From the NCBI GenBank assembly GCA_965240335.1, contig CBDEKM010000018.1, forward strand, positions 73,417-137,416: a DNA stretch of 64,000 nt. Direction: 5' to 3'. Source of the stretch: a bacterium. Lineage in GTDB: Bacteria; JAAXHH01. The notes beneath the pieces are model-generated. The model was not told the DNA's origin. It saw only the letters and a program-made list of their open reading frames with translations, and searched no databases. The translations under genes were made by a program, and so were the position numbers. The first letter of the stretch is position 1. The number at the start of each line of letters is the position of its first letter. Shown in pieces: positions 9,204-19,568 of this stretch.

Positions 9204-9859
9204 CCCCCACCGTCCTGCCGCGCGGCCCGAACCACCTCGACGTATTTCCGGGCTGTATCGGTAAGGACCTGCCAGTCGCCCGCGGCCACGGCAGCCTTGT
9301 CCACCAGGTTCCCGCCCACGGCGATGGCGCAGGCGCCCGCTCGTATGAAGTCGCCCGCGTTGTCCAGGTCCACCCCGCCGGTAGGCATGAGGTCGATCTG
9401 GGGGAGCGGCCCCTTGACGTCCTTGAAATAACTGGGTCCCACCGCGGTCGCAGGAAACACCTTCACGATGTCCGCGCCGCATTCCCAGGCCGTCAGAATC
9501 TCCGTCGGCGTCAACGCACCCGGGATGATGACCTTGTCGTACCGCCGGCAGAGGGTGATGACGTCCGGATTCAGCGTCGGGGTTACGATGTATTCGGCAC
9601 CGGCCAGGATCGCGGCGCGGGCCGTCTCGGGATCCAGCACGGTACCCGCGCCGAGCAGGAACTCGCCCCCGAGCCGGTTCGCGCATTCGCCGATGACGTC
9701 CAGGGCGCCGGGTGTCGTCATGGTGATTTCGATGGCCCCGACGCCACCCTTGCCGATGGCCTGGGCGACCTGAACCAGCGCGTCGGGACTTTCCGCCCTG
9801 AGCACCGCGACCACCCCGCCTGCCTTTATGGATGCGAGGTTTTCAGCTCTCATTGACAT
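9200..9859 (-). CDS. eda: KDPG/KHG aldolase
   Basis: VVAVLRA, IEITMTTP, GAGTVLD, PGALTPTE, VKVFPA, PTGGV. Confidence 0.92.
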   Translation of the reverse strand: MSMRAENLASIKAGGVVAVLRAESPDALVQVAQAIGKGGVGAIEITMTTPGALDVIGECANRLGGEFLLGAGTVLDPETARAAILAGAEYIVTPTLNPDVITLCRRYDKVIIPGALTPTEILTAWECGADIVKVFPATAVGPSYFKDVKGPLPQIDLMPTGGVDLDNAGDFIRAGACAIAVGGNLVDKAAVAAGDWQVLTDTARKYVEVVRAARQDGGG

Positions 9860-9863
9860 GGTT

Positions 9864-10265
9864 TCACTCCAGCGTGACCTTCACCTTGCGTTCCGGCCTC
9901 TCATGCAGGTGCCCGTGTCCCGGCAGGGCGACGCCGAGGCGAATCGACGGCTTGCCGCCGACAGGGAATATATGATGGAAAGTCATGGCCGGCACATAGA
10001 TGAAATCACCCGCCTTTGCGTGGACCGTCTCGTCCCGACCCTCGATCACCCAGTCGATTTCACCTTCGAGCACGAGCCACCATTCGTCGTAGTCATGGCA
10101 GTGGTTGTCGTTCACCGTGCCCGACTCCTGCCAGATGAATGCGGCGGTCACGTGTTCCGCGGCCATGACCGCACAGGAGGCTGGCGGCGGACCGATTCGT
10201 TCCTTGATCTCTTCGATATTGATCTGATTGAGCGCGGCATGCATGACTGGTTTCGGTGGGGCCAT
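9864..10265 (-). CDS. Cupin domain protein
   Basis: HCHDYDEWWLVLEGE...GDFIYVPAMTFHH cupin metal motifs. Confidence 0.85.
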   Translation of the reverse strand: MAPPKPVMHAALNQINIEEIKERIGPPPASCAVMAAEHVTAAFIWQESGTVNDNHCHDYDEWWLVLEGEIDWVIEGRDETVHAKAGDFIYVPAMTFHHIFPVGGKPSIRLGVALPGHGHLHERPERKVKVTLE

Positions 10266-10380
10266 CGTGGTACTCCTTTAAGAGGTAATCTTGTTGTACG
10301 GACCGGGGTTGCCGCGGGACCATGACTCAAAGCAGTTGCGCCGCGGGACTCGGACCGTCTCGGACGAATACAGGTGGTTG

Positions 10381-11496
10381 CTACGCGATTCGGTATTTCG
10401 CTATGGTTTCTTCGTTAACCGTGACCCCCAGTCCGGGTCCGTCGGGGACCGCCACGAAACCGTGGTCATCGATGATAAACCGTTCATGGGTCATTTCGTG
10501 CCGCAGCGGTGAATCGGACATGCAGAATTCGAAGACGGACGCGTTGGGCAGGGCGGCCAGCGCGTGAAGCGCCGCCGCCATGGTGATACCGCTCTTGTAA
10601 CTGTGATTGGCGACCTGACGGCCATGGCTGTGGGCGATACGGCCGGCCGCGGTCATGGTCGATATGCCGCAGCGGCCCGGATCCGGTTGAATCCAGTCGA
10701 GTCCGCCCCTGGTGACCAGTCGCTCGAAGTCCTCGAGCCGGGATTCGGCTTCCCCGGTGGCGATGGGCACCGGACTTTCCGTAGTCAGTGAAGCGTATCC
10801 CTCGATGTCGTCCGGGTGTAGCGGTTCTTCGATCCAGTAGGGCCGGCATTCCGCGAATTGCCTGGCACGCTTCAGCGCGGTTTCCCAGTCCCAGACCTGT
10901 CCGGCGTCAATGAGCACGTCGACCTCGTCACCGGTTCCCCGCCGTGCCTCCCGTACCAGCGCGACATCCTGCGCTTCGTCCTTGCCCATGGGACCCCAGC
11001 CGAACTTGACCGCCGTGAATCCCTGGTCGGCGAATTTCCTGCCGATCGCCCGGGTCGCCGAGGGCGTGTCACCGAAAAGGACGGAAGCATAGGCCCGAAA
11101 CTTAATCCTGTGTGCACCGCCCAGGAGCTGGTAGACGGGCTGTCCGCTGGCCTTTCCCGCGATGTCCCAGAGTGCCAGGTTGACCCCGGCCATGGCGTGC
11201 TGTCCCACGCCAACCCGGCCGTAGTAATTGGCCGCGTCCATCATCCGGTCTGTACACGCGTCAATGTCCAGGGGATCGGCGCCGGCCAGCGCGTTGGCCA
11301 GGCCGTTGCAGATCTGGTGTGACAGGGGCGCGTCGATTACGGCCTTTACCACGGTGGGACACGAATCGACTTCGCCCCAGCCTGTAATACCTGCGTCCGT
11401 TTCGATTTTAATCAGGCAGGTGTCCTGCGTTCCGTCACAGGCCTCCGTCACATCCGGAAGCCTGAGAACCAGTGCTGAAACCTCGACGATCCGCAC
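10381..11496 (-). CDS. Mandelate racemase/muconate lactonizing enzyme family (acid-sugar dehydratase-like)
   Basis: TDAGITGWGE, ALWDIAGK, AVKFG, LIDAG, WIEEP, ATGE, IQPD, PDGPGLG. Confidence 0.88.
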   Translation of the reverse strand: MRIVEVSALVLRLPDVTEACDGTQDTCLIKIETDAGITGWGEVDSCPTVVKAVIDAPLSHQICNGLANALAGADPLDIDACTDRMMDAANYYGRVGVGQHAMAGVNLALWDIAGKASGQPVYQLLGGAHRIKFRAYASVLFGDTPSATRAIGRKFADQGFTAVKFGWGPMGKDEAQDVALVREARRGTGDEVDVLIDAGQVWDWETALKRARQFAECRPYWIEEPLHPDDIEGYASLTTESPVPIATGEAESRLEDFERLVTRGGLDWIQPDPGRCGISTMTAAGRIAHSHGRQVANHSYKSGITMAAALHALAALPNASVFEFCMSDSPLRHEMTHERFIIDDHGFVAVPDGPGLGVTVNEETIAKYRIA

Positions 11497-11569
11497 GCTT
11501 GCTTCCTCCTTGTCCTCCAAACCGGCATGGTGGAATCACGTAGGTTAATGTGTGAAACGACATGGGGGG

Positions 11570-11720
11570 TGTCAAGTGGAGATGCCCCCGCACCAAGGGC
11601 GAATCACGACCTGAAATCCATCCAACCCGGTCTCAAATTTTACTGTGGTTGAAAACGCATTTGAGCACGGTCCGAGCCAGGAAATAAACCTTGACACCCC
11701 GGCGCGTCGCCCTGCACTAT
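11570..11720. promoter_or_regulatory. Divergent sigma70-type promoters
   Basis: TTGACA on the minus strand at 11570-11575 (towards the sugar-acid operon) and TTGACA-18-CACTAT on the plus strand at 11691-11720 (towards oppB). Confidence 0.55.
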
Positions 11721-11811
11721 GGAGGCTAGATCGCCGGTACTCCCACTCGTTTCACGAGCCGGCGGATACGCCCCGTTTACACCACAGCGCCACATAAGAA
11801 AACCTGACCCT

Positions 11812-12744
11812 ATGCTCCGATATATCATATACCGCATCGTGGGCTTGATCGGCGTTTTGTTCCTGGTAACGATCATCACCTTCAGCCTGATGCATGCGGT
11901 TCCGGGCGGCCCGTTCGACGAAGAGAAGATGCCCCTCTCGGCCGAGGCCAAGGCGAATATCCTACGCAAGTACGGCCTGGACAAGCCCCTGTACGAGCAG
12001 TACGGACGGTACATGTGGAACGCGCTGCAGTTTGATTTCGGCATTCCCTTTCAGAGTCCGGGCGAGACGGTAACGGACCTGATTTCGCGTACCTGGCCCA
12101 TCAGCATGCAGCTGGGTGGTATGGGCCTCGCCCTGGCGTTCGCCTTCGGCATCCTCCTGGGTATATTGTCCGCGATCCGCCAGAATACATGGCTGGATTA
12201 CGGGACAACGATCATCGCTACCCTTGGGATCACTGTGCCCAGTTTCGCCATTTCCATTTTGTTCATCGTCGTTTTCGCGACCATTTGGAGGATTCTGCCC
12301 ACGGGTGGATGGGGCGGACCCGAAACCTGGATAATGCCGGTGATCGTATATGCACTGGGTCCCATGGCAATCATCGCCCGATATACCCGTTCGAGCGTAC
12401 TCGAGAACCTGCGCATGGACTACGTGCGGACCGCACGGGCCAAGGGACTCAAGGAGCGGAGCGTCCTTTTCGTCCACGTACTTAAGAACTCCATGATCCC
12501 GCTGCTGACCATCATGGGCCCGATGCTTCCCGGCGTGATGACCGGTTCGCTGTTCGTCGAAGGCATATTTCGCATTCCCGGACTGGGACAATTCTTCGTC
12601 ACCAGTATATTCGAACGGGATTACCCCATGATCATGGCGCTGACGCTGCTCGTCGCGGTACTGATCGGGATCGTATACCTGATTACCGATATACTGTACG
12701 CGCTCGTCGATCCCAGGGTTCGGTTCGTACGCGGGAGCAAGTAA
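11812..12744 (+). CDS. oppB: Oligopeptide/dipeptide ABC permease OppB
   Basis: [43 protein letters not shown]. Confidence 0.92.
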   Translation: MLRYIIYRIVGLIGVLFLVTIITFSLMHAVPGGPFDEEKMPLSAEAKANILRKYGLDKPLYEQYGRYMWNALQFDFGIPFQSPGETVTDLISRTWPISMQLGGMGLALAFAFGILLGILSAIRQNTWLDYGTTIIATLGITVPSFAISILFIVVFATIWRILPTGGWGGPETWIMPVIVYALGPMAIIARYTRSSVLENLRMDYVRTARAKGLKERSVLFVHVLKNSMIPLLTIMGPMLPGVMTGSLFVEGIFRIPGLGQFFVTSIFERDYPMIMALTLLVAVLIGIVYLITDILYALVDPRVRFVRGSK

Positions 12745-13697
12745 TGTCCAACGGGAATTCACGGTCGGGGCGAACGTTCCTGGATTACCTCGGTATTTCC
12801 GCCCGTGGGTTCTGCATGGGTGTCGCCGATGTCGTTCCCGGCGTGTCCGGGGGAACGATGGCCTTTATCCTCGGTGTGTACGAAGAATTGCTGGACGCCG
12901 TTCATTCGGTAAACGGCAGGTTCCTGCGACTGCTGTTGACGTTTCGATTAAAGGCGGCCTTTGACGGATTTCCTTACGGGTTCGTGATCGCCCTCGTTAC
13001 CGGTATCATGGTGGCGATATTCAGTCTGGCCGGTTTTTTCACCTGGGCACTTGCGAATCATCCCGTTCTGGTGTGGGCGTTTTTCTTCGGATTGGTGCTC
13101 GCGTCGATCATCACCGTTCGGGTAAAGGTGTCCGCCTGGAGCGAGACCGAAGTGCTCGCGTTACTGCTGGCGGCTGCGGCTGCCTTCGTCCTTGTGGGCG
13201 CCGTCCCGGTCGAAACGACCTCTGCCGTCTGGTTCGTGTTCCTGAGCGGAGCCATAGCGATCTGCGCCATGATCCTGCCCGGCATCTCGGGCTCGTTCAT
13301 CCTGGTCATACTGGGGAAGTATCAGTACATGCTCAATGCCGTGGTGCAGCGCGATTTCCTGCCCATACTGATCTTTGGATGCGGCGGTATCCTGGGATTG
13401 GTCTTTTTCGCGCGAGTGCTTCGATGGCTTTTCCGGCGCTATCATGACCTGACCGTGGCTGCCCTTATCGGCCTCATGGCGGGTTCATTGCGAAAGATCT
13501 GGCCGTGGAAGGAAACCGTTGAATCGTTCACGGACCGGCATGGTGTGGTGAAACCCTTGATACAGCAAAACGTCCTGCCCGCGTCGTTGTCCAACGAAGC
13601 CCTGCTGGCTATTGCCATGGGCATCACGGGCTGCGCTATCGTACTGGCCATCGAGCGTTTCGCGATAAAGCGCTCTTCAGAAAAAACGGAAAACTAG
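12744..13697 (+). CDS. DUF368 family membrane protein (PopT-like undecaprenyl phosphate translocase)
   Basis: Duplicated re-entrant motifs MGVADVVPGVSGGTMA and AMILPGISGS; GSLRKIWPW. Confidence 0.88.
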   Translation: MSNGNSRSGRTFLDYLGISARGFCMGVADVVPGVSGGTMAFILGVYEELLDAVHSVNGRFLRLLLTFRLKAAFDGFPYGFVIALVTGIMVAIFSLAGFFTWALANHPVLVWAFFFGLVLASIITVRVKVSAWSETEVLALLLAAAAAFVLVGAVPVETTSAVWFVFLSGAIAICAMILPGISGSFILVILGKYQYMLNAVVQRDFLPILIFGCGGILGLVFFARVLRWLFRRYHDLTVAALIGLMAGSLRKIWPWKETVESFTDRHGVVKPLIQQNVLPASLSNEALLAIAMGITGCAIVLAIERFAIKRSSEKTEN

Positions 13698-13701
13698 CAC
13701 C

Positions 13702-14565
13702 ATGATGGAAGTCATCCCATCCACCGGCGGCCTGTGGCGTGACGCCCTGCGCCGATACACTAAGAACAAGCTGTCCGTCGCGGCGGGGATCATCATCATC
13801 GTCATCACGTTCATGGCCCTCTTCGCGCCATTGGTCTCGCCGTCCCATTATTCCGAGGCCAATTTCGACGAAGCGTGGCAGTTCCCGTCCTACTCCCATC
13901 CCATGGGTACGGACAGCATCGGCCGGGATTATTTCAGCCGGATCGTGTACGGCGCGCGTATCTCGCTCATCGTGGGATTCGTCGCGCAGATGATCTCCCT
14001 GCTGATCGGGGTGCCGCTCGGGGCCATCGCCGGATTCAAAGGCGGCAAGGCCGATTACATCGTCATGCGCCTGGTGGACGTGATGTCGGTTTTTCCCAGC
14101 CTGCTTTTTGCCATACTCATCATGGCGTGGCTGGGAAGCGGATTGAGCAACGTGTTATTCGCCATCGGCGTGACCGGCTGGGTGGGGGTTTGCCGCCTGG
14201 TCCGTGCCCAGTTTCTTTCGCTGAGGACGTCCGATTTCGTCCGGGCGGCGCGGTCCATGGGCGCGTCCAACGTACACACCATAGTCCGCCACATGCTGCC
14301 AAACGCCCTGAGCCCAATCATCGTCGGTCTGGCCATGGGCATACCGCAGGCCATCTTCGCCGAGGCGGGCCTGAGCTTCCTCGGCCTGGGTATCAATCCG
14401 CCCACACCGAGCTGGGGACAGATGGTCAGCAGTCACCTGCCCAACGTCATCTACTACTGGCATCTCGCCCTCTTTCCGGTTTTCATGATCGCCCTGGTCA
14501 TGCTCGGATTTTCGCTCATCGGCGACGGCCTCCGCGACGCCCTCGACCCGAGGATGAACGAGTAG
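13702..14565 (+). CDS. oppC: Oligopeptide/dipeptide ABC permease OppC
   Basis: HPMGTDSIGRD, YGARISL, FVRAARSMGAS, EAGLSFLGLG, GDGLRDALDP. Confidence 0.92.
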   Translation: MMEVIPSTGGLWRDALRRYTKNKLSVAAGIIIIVITFMALFAPLVSPSHYSEANFDEAWQFPSYSHPMGTDSIGRDYFSRIVYGARISLIVGFVAQMISLLIGVPLGAIAGFKGGKADYIVMRLVDVMSVFPSLLFAILIMAWLGSGLSNVLFAIGVTGWVGVCRLVRAQFLSLRTSDFVRAARSMGASNVHTIVRHMLPNALSPIIVGLAMGIPQAIFAEAGLSFLGLGINPPTPSWGQMVSSHLPNVIYYWHLALFPVFMIALVMLGFSLIGDGLRDALDPRMNE

Positions 14566-14574
14566 GGCGTTACG

Positions 14575-16302
14575 TTGCATGCCAGGTCTATTATGCGAAT
14601 AATGACCGGAACATCGTTTCTTCGGCGGTCAAGCTGCCTCTTCCTCATCGCGGGGATTACCTGGTCGGCCCACGGACTGATCGATACGCTATTCCCTGCC
14701 AACGGACCGCGTCACGTTAATTCCATCGGGGTTCCACTGCCCGAAGACGCCCTGCCTCCCGAGCAACAGGTTCTTTACAAGTTTTCGGAATCCCGGCCCT
14801 ATAACGAGTGGTTTCGCACGGTTTACAAGGGCGCCGAAGGCAAATACATCATCGCCGAACCGTTGACGCGCACCAACCGTGATTTCGTGCTGAGGGGGGG
14901 AGCTGCGGAACGGTGGGAGATGTCCGATGACGACCTGGAATGGACCTTCCATCTGCGTCCGGGACTGCAGTGGAGTGACGGCCGTCCGTTGACCGCCCAC
15001 GATTATGTCTTTTCCCTCCGCCGGGGCGCCGATCCGGAAAACGCCTATGATTTCGGATGGTATTACCAGCCGATCCGGAACTGGCAGGCCGTCGTCGCCC
15101 GGAAGGTACCTGTGGACTCTCTGGGCGTATGGGCGTCCGACGATCTCACGTTGCACGTTGCTACAGAAGAACCCACGCCCCACCTCCCCCTGCTGCTGAC
15201 CTATTCCTGGGTTTCACCCGAGCACGCGGTTCGCAAGTACGGCGACACCTGGTCTACCCGGCCGGAAACCAGCATTTCATCCGGTCCCTTCGTGATGGTC
15301 GAATGGACCAAGGGTGAGCAGATGATTTACGAGGCCAACCCGATGTACCGCGGGGTCGACAAACCGTACCTGGAACGCGTGGTTTACAGGATGTTCAACC
15401 TGACCACGCCGCCCCAGCGGCTTTCCGCGTACGAGGCCGGCGAAGTCGATTTGTCCGAGGTGGAGAACCAGGCGGAACTGGCGCGGCTGCTCTCTGACGA
15501 CAACCTGACCAGCCAGGTTCACACGTGGCCCAATTTCTTTACCCACTACCTGTTTTTTGACGTGCGGCAACCACCTTTCAACGACCGGAGAGTCCGCCTC
15601 GCCATGAGCCTGGCGATCGACCGGGAAGCGCTGTGCCGTTCCGCGCTCAAAGGCTTCGCCATACCCGCCTATGCCATGCTGCCACCGGGGTTTCCGGCCT
15701 ATTCAGACAATGTTTACGAGGAAAGTCTTGGATACGACCCGGAGCGTGCCAGGCAGCTTCTCGCGGAGGCGGGCTATCCGGATGGACGAGGATTACCCGA
15801 ACTGGACATGTGGCTGCGCAACGAGATCGTCATGCACCGCGACGCGGCCGAGGGACTGCAGGCCATGCTGCAGCGCAACCTCAACATGAAGGTCGAAGTG
15901 CGCAACGTGGAGAACAAGGTCTTCATGGACGGACTGAACAACCACACTTTAGCCTTCGGGATGGTACCCTACGAATTCGATTTCGTGGATCCGAGCAATC
16001 TACTCGGACTCTGGCGGTCCAACGGTCGTCACAACTGGAACAATTCAGCCTTCGACGCCCTGATGAACGCGGCAGGCGCGGAAGTCAGGGACCAGGAACG
16101 GCGTATCGACCTGTACAGGGAAGCGGAACGGTTGCTGGTGGAGGACGTGGCCGGTGTTTTTCTGTGGTACAGGCAGCGGGCGCAGATCTGGAAGCCCTAT
16201 CTGAAAGGGTCGGCGTTGGAACCGAACGCATCGGGGTTCCGGTCGTGGCGGGGGGACCAGGTGATGAGCTCTTCGATTTCCCTGTACATCGGGGAAAACT
16301 GA
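14575..16302 (+). CDS. oppA: Peptide ABC substrate-binding protein (family 5, OppA-like)
   Basis: AERWEMSDD..WTFHLRPGLQWSDGRPLTAHD, SSGPF, PFNDRRVRLAMSLAIDRE; start uncertain. Confidence 0.85.
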   Translation: MHARSIMRIMTGTSFLRRSSCLFLIAGITWSAHGLIDTLFPANGPRHVNSIGVPLPEDALPPEQQVLYKFSESRPYNEWFRTVYKGAEGKYIIAEPLTRTNRDFVLRGGAAERWEMSDDDLEWTFHLRPGLQWSDGRPLTAHDYVFSLRRGADPENAYDFGWYYQPIRNWQAVVARKVPVDSLGVWASDDLTLHVATEEPTPHLPLLLTYSWVSPEHAVRKYGDTWSTRPETSISSGPFVMVEWTKGEQMIYEANPMYRGVDKPYLERVVYRMFNLTTPPQRLSAYEAGEVDLSEVENQAELARLLSDDNLTSQVHTWPNFFTHYLFFDVRQPPFNDRRVRLAMSLAIDREALCRSALKGFAIPAYAMLPPGFPAYSDNVYEESLGYDPERARQLLAEAGYPDGRGLPELDMWLRNEIVMHRDAAEGLQAMLQRNLNMKVEVRNVENKVFMDGLNNHTLAFGMVPYEFDFVDPSNLLGLWRSNGRHNWNNSAFDALMNAAGAEVRDQERRIDLYREAERLLVEDVAGVFLWYRQRAQIWKPYLKGSALEPNASGFRSWRGDQVMSSSISLYIGEN

Positions 16303-16329
16303 ACGGGTGGCAATCAGAAGGAGCCGATC

Positions 16330-17724
16330 ATGATACTCAATCAATATTACCTGGGATGCCTGGCCCACGCGTCCTATTTCCTCGGGGACGAGGCATCGGG
16401 AACCGCGGCCGTCGTGGATCCGCAGCGCGACATCGACCAGTATATCGAAGAGGCCGTAGCCCGAAACATGACGATCGGCCATGTATTCCTGACGCACTTC
16501 CACGCGGATTTCGCCGCGGGCCACCTGGAGTTGAGGGATCGCACCGGCGCCGTGATACACCTGGGTGCGCGGGCCGAAGCGGGTTATGCCTTCGAGCCCA
16601 TGCGGGACGGCGGGTGCATGAACCTGGGCGGCATCCAGCTCAAGTTCCTGGAGACCCCTGGCCACTCTCCCGAATCCGTTTGCATCCTGGTGTTCGACCC
16701 TGAAAAAGAGGTCGCGCCCTACGCGGCGCTGACCGGGGACACGCTGTTTATCGGCGACGTGGGCCGGCCCGACCTGAGAGCCTCGGTCGGCTGGAAGGCC
16801 GCGGACCTGGCCGCCTTGCTGTACGGCTCGCTGCACGATAAACTGCTGCCGGGCACGAGCGACGATACGCTGGTCTATCCCGCCCACGGCGCCGGCTCGT
16901 TATGCGGTAAGAACCTCAGCACGGACACGGTGTCCACCATGGGCGCTCAAAAGCTGTACAACTATGCCCTTCAGCCGATGGACCGGGAGACCTTCGTTCG
17001 ATTGATCACGACGGACCAGCCGGAAGCGCCGTCGTACTTCAGTTACGACGCCGCGTTCAACGCGAGAGAGCACGACACGCTGGAACACCTGCTGTCCCGT
17101 AATCTGAAACCGCTGAAACTGGAAGAGGTCATGGATCGGGCGAAGGATGGCGCCCAGGTCCTGGACACACGGGACGCCGCGGATTTCGAGGGTGCGCACC
17201 TCGTGGGCAGTTACAACATCGGTCTCGGGGGACAGTACGCCAGTTGGGCGGGTACCCTGCTTAATCGCGAAAGTCCGATCATCCTGGTCACGGAGACGGG
17301 CGCGGAGGAGGAATCGGCCCTGCGGCTCGGCCGCATCGGTTTCGACCACATTGCCGGATATCTCGAGGGTGGTATGCACGCGTTGGCGGACCGGCCGGAC
17401 CTGGTGGGGCGGACCGACCGCATCACCGCGGCCGCGGTGAAGGACCGGATGGACCGTGGCGGTTCGCCCGTGATCCTCGACATCCGGTCAGAAACAGAAC
17501 GTGCTGAGAAACACATCCCGGCCAGTTTCCACGTGCCCTTAAATCACCTGGAGGAGCGCCTGGAGGAAATCCCCGCCAACGAGACGGTGATCGTCCAGTG
17601 CGCCGGTGGCTATCGTTCCGCCATGGCGGCCAGCATCCTGAAGCGGCACGGCATCACGGACGTAATGGACCTGGTCGGGGGATTGGCGGCCTGGGAAGCC
17701 GTTCAGCGGGAAGCCGCGAACTGA
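16330..17724 (+). CDS. MBL-fold hydrolase with two rhodanese domains (persulfide dioxygenase/CstB-like)
   Basis: THFHADF, TPGHSPE, TGDTLFIGDVGRPDL, PAHGAGSLCGK; C-terminal rhodanese CAGGYRS. Confidence 0.88.
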   Translation: MILNQYYLGCLAHASYFLGDEASGTAAVVDPQRDIDQYIEEAVARNMTIGHVFLTHFHADFAAGHLELRDRTGAVIHLGARAEAGYAFEPMRDGGCMNLGGIQLKFLETPGHSPESVCILVFDPEKEVAPYAALTGDTLFIGDVGRPDLRASVGWKAADLAALLYGSLHDKLLPGTSDDTLVYPAHGAGSLCGKNLSTDTVSTMGAQKLYNYALQPMDRETFVRLITTDQPEAPSYFSYDAAFNAREHDTLEHLLSRNLKPLKLEEVMDRAKDGAQVLDTRDAADFEGAHLVGSYNIGLGGQYASWAGTLLNRESPIILVTETGAEEESALRLGRIGFDHIAGYLEGGMHALADRPDLVGRTDRITAAAVKDRMDRGGSPVILDIRSETERAEKHIPASFHVPLNHLEERLEEIPANETVIVQCAGGYRSAMAASILKRHGITDVMDLVGGLAAWEAVQREAAN

Positions 17725-17725
17725 C

Positions 17726-18643
17726 TCACTTGTACATGGGCACGTTGATTTCCATGAGGTCCCGTGCGACCCGCGAAGCAGGGAAGATCTTGCGCGCCTC
17801 GGCGGCCAGCGGTCCGTCCTGCATGTAACGGGAGCTGATGTGGGTCAGCACGAGGCTGCCGACCTTCGCGCGCCGGGCGATGCGGGCGGCCTGCACGACC
17901 GTCGAATGATGTTTCTGCCGGGCCTGCACCCGCAGGTCGTCGCTGAACATCCCGTCATGGATCAGCACATCCGCCTCGAGCGCCAGTGACGCCACCTGGT
18001 CGCACGGCCGGGTATCCGTCGCGTACACGATCCTGCGTCCCCGACGGGTGGGACCCAGTACCTGCCCGGACTCGATCACTTTTCCATCCTGCAGCTTGAC
18101 GGATTCACCCGCCTGTAGCCGGCCGTAAAGCGGCCCGGGGGGTATGCCCAATCGCCTCGCTTCCTCGACGCGAAAAAGGCCGGGCCGTTCCCTTTCCTGG
18201 AAGGCGAAGGCCAGGGTAAAACAACTGTGGTCCACGGGGACGGCCTCGATTGAGACCTTGTCGTCCTCCGAAACCAGTCCGCCCTTGTTCTCCGCGATGA
18301 CCACGGGGAAGGGGCACTGGTGGCCCAGAAAGCGCCGGTTGCCTTCCACGAAATCGGAGATGCCCGGCGGTCCGTAGATGTGCAGGGCCCGTTCGCGCGG
18401 AATCTGGCCCATGGTCATCAACAGACCGGGCAATCCCATGACGTGATCGCCGTGCAGATGGGAAATGTAGATCCCGTCGATCTTGCTCATGGCCAGATTC
18501 GCCCGTACCATCTGGGTCTGTGTGCCCTCTCCGCAGTCGAAGAGGAACACGCGGCCGTCGCACTGAACGGCTACGGACGGTAGATTGCGCGTCAGGGTCG
18601 GGATGGCGCCTCCGGAACCCAGGATAACGATGTTTATGATCAT
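17726..18643 (-). CDS. rnz: Ribonuclease Z
   Basis: LFDCGEGTQ, SHLHGDHVMGLPG, GP-rich exosite LGIPPGPLYG, DTRP, HHST, LTHISSRY. Confidence 0.93.
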   Translation of the reverse strand: MIINIVILGSGGAIPTLTRNLPSVAVQCDGRVFLFDCGEGTQTQMVRANLAMSKIDGIYISHLHGDHVMGLPGLLMTMGQIPRERALHIYGPPGISDFVEGNRRFLGHQCPFPVVIAENKGGLVSEDDKVSIEAVPVDHSCFTLAFAFQERERPGLFRVEEARRLGIPPGPLYGRLQAGESVKLQDGKVIESGQVLGPTRRGRRIVYATDTRPCDQVASLALEADVLIHDGMFSDDLRVQARQKHHSTVVQAARIARRAKVGSLVLTHISSRYMQDGPLAAEARKIFPASRVARDLMEINVPMYK

Positions 18644-18711
18644 GATAGGTAGATAGCGTGCCCGTTTTCGATGGGCGTCCTGTTCCTGCCGGGTGCTATT
18701 CCTGCCAGGTA

Positions 18712-19566
18712 CTATTCCTGCCGCGCCCTGCAGATTGCGTCAGTCATTTGGACCACGCGTCCCATTTGCCTCACGTCGTGCACCCGAACGATGCTGGCGC
18801 CGTTCGCGACACTCAGCGCAACCGCCGCCGCCGTACCTTCCAGCCGGTCGTTTTTCTCCACGTCGAGCACGCGGCCGATGAACGACTTCCTCGATGGACC
18901 GATCAGAATGGGACGATTCAGTTTGCGAAAGGACGCCAGGGACTGGATCAGGAGCAGATTGTCGCTCAACCGCTTGCCGAAACCAATGCCCGGATCGATA
19001 ATGATCCTTGATCTGCGGATACCGTGCGCTACGGCAAATTCGATGCGGGCCCCCAGCCAGTCGACGATCTCGCCCACGGTATCTTCGTACCCGGGATTCC
19101 GTTGCATGTCCTCCGGGGATCCCGCCGTATGCATGATCACCACGGGTATTCCGGCGGCTGAAACCGCCTCGACCATTTCAGGATCGGCGGTCATGCCGCT
19201 GACGTCGTTTACCATTCTCGCCCCGGCGCGAATCGCCTTGCGGGCGACTTCGGCCCTCCGTGTATCGATGGATACCGGTTGTTCGATCCGATCCTTCAGC
19301 TTTTCTATAACGGGGATGACCCGCCGAAGTTCCTCTTTCAGCTCGACCGGTTCCGCGCCCGGCCGGGTGGATTCACCACCAACATCGATGATGTCCGCGC
19401 CTTCGTCGGCCAATCGCTCGCCATGTCGAACCGCGGTATTCGGATCCAGGTGCCGGCCGCCGTCGTAGAAAGAATCCGGCGTAACATTCAGGACCGCCAT
19501 TATCCGCGTGCGTTTCGAGCAATCCCACTGGAACCCATCGCCCTGGATGACCAGTTCATCACGCAC
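18712..19566 (-). CDS. folP: Dihydropteroate synthase
   Basis: LNVTPDSFYDGG, DVGGESTRPG, DPGIGFGK, SRKSF, IVRVHDV. Confidence 0.96.
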   Translation of the reverse strand: MRDELVIQGDGFQWDCSKRTRIMAVLNVTPDSFYDGGRHLDPNTAVRHGERLADEGADIIDVGGESTRPGAEPVELKEELRRVIPVIEKLKDRIEQPVSIDTRRAEVARKAIRAGARMVNDVSGMTADPEMVEAVSAAGIPVVIMHTAGSPEDMQRNPGYEDTVGEIVDWLGARIEFAVAHGIRRSRIIIDPGIGFGKRLSDNLLLIQSLASFRKLNRPILIGPSRKSFIGRVLDVEKNDRLEGTAAAVALSVANGASIVRVHDVRQMGRVVQMTDAICRARQE

Positions 19567-19568
19567 GA

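Noticed and set aside
11564-11700. Inverted repeat GGGGTGTCAAG...CTTGACACCCC as ends of a MITE
   Set aside because: Better explained as the -35 boxes of two divergent promoters; no target-site duplication seen.
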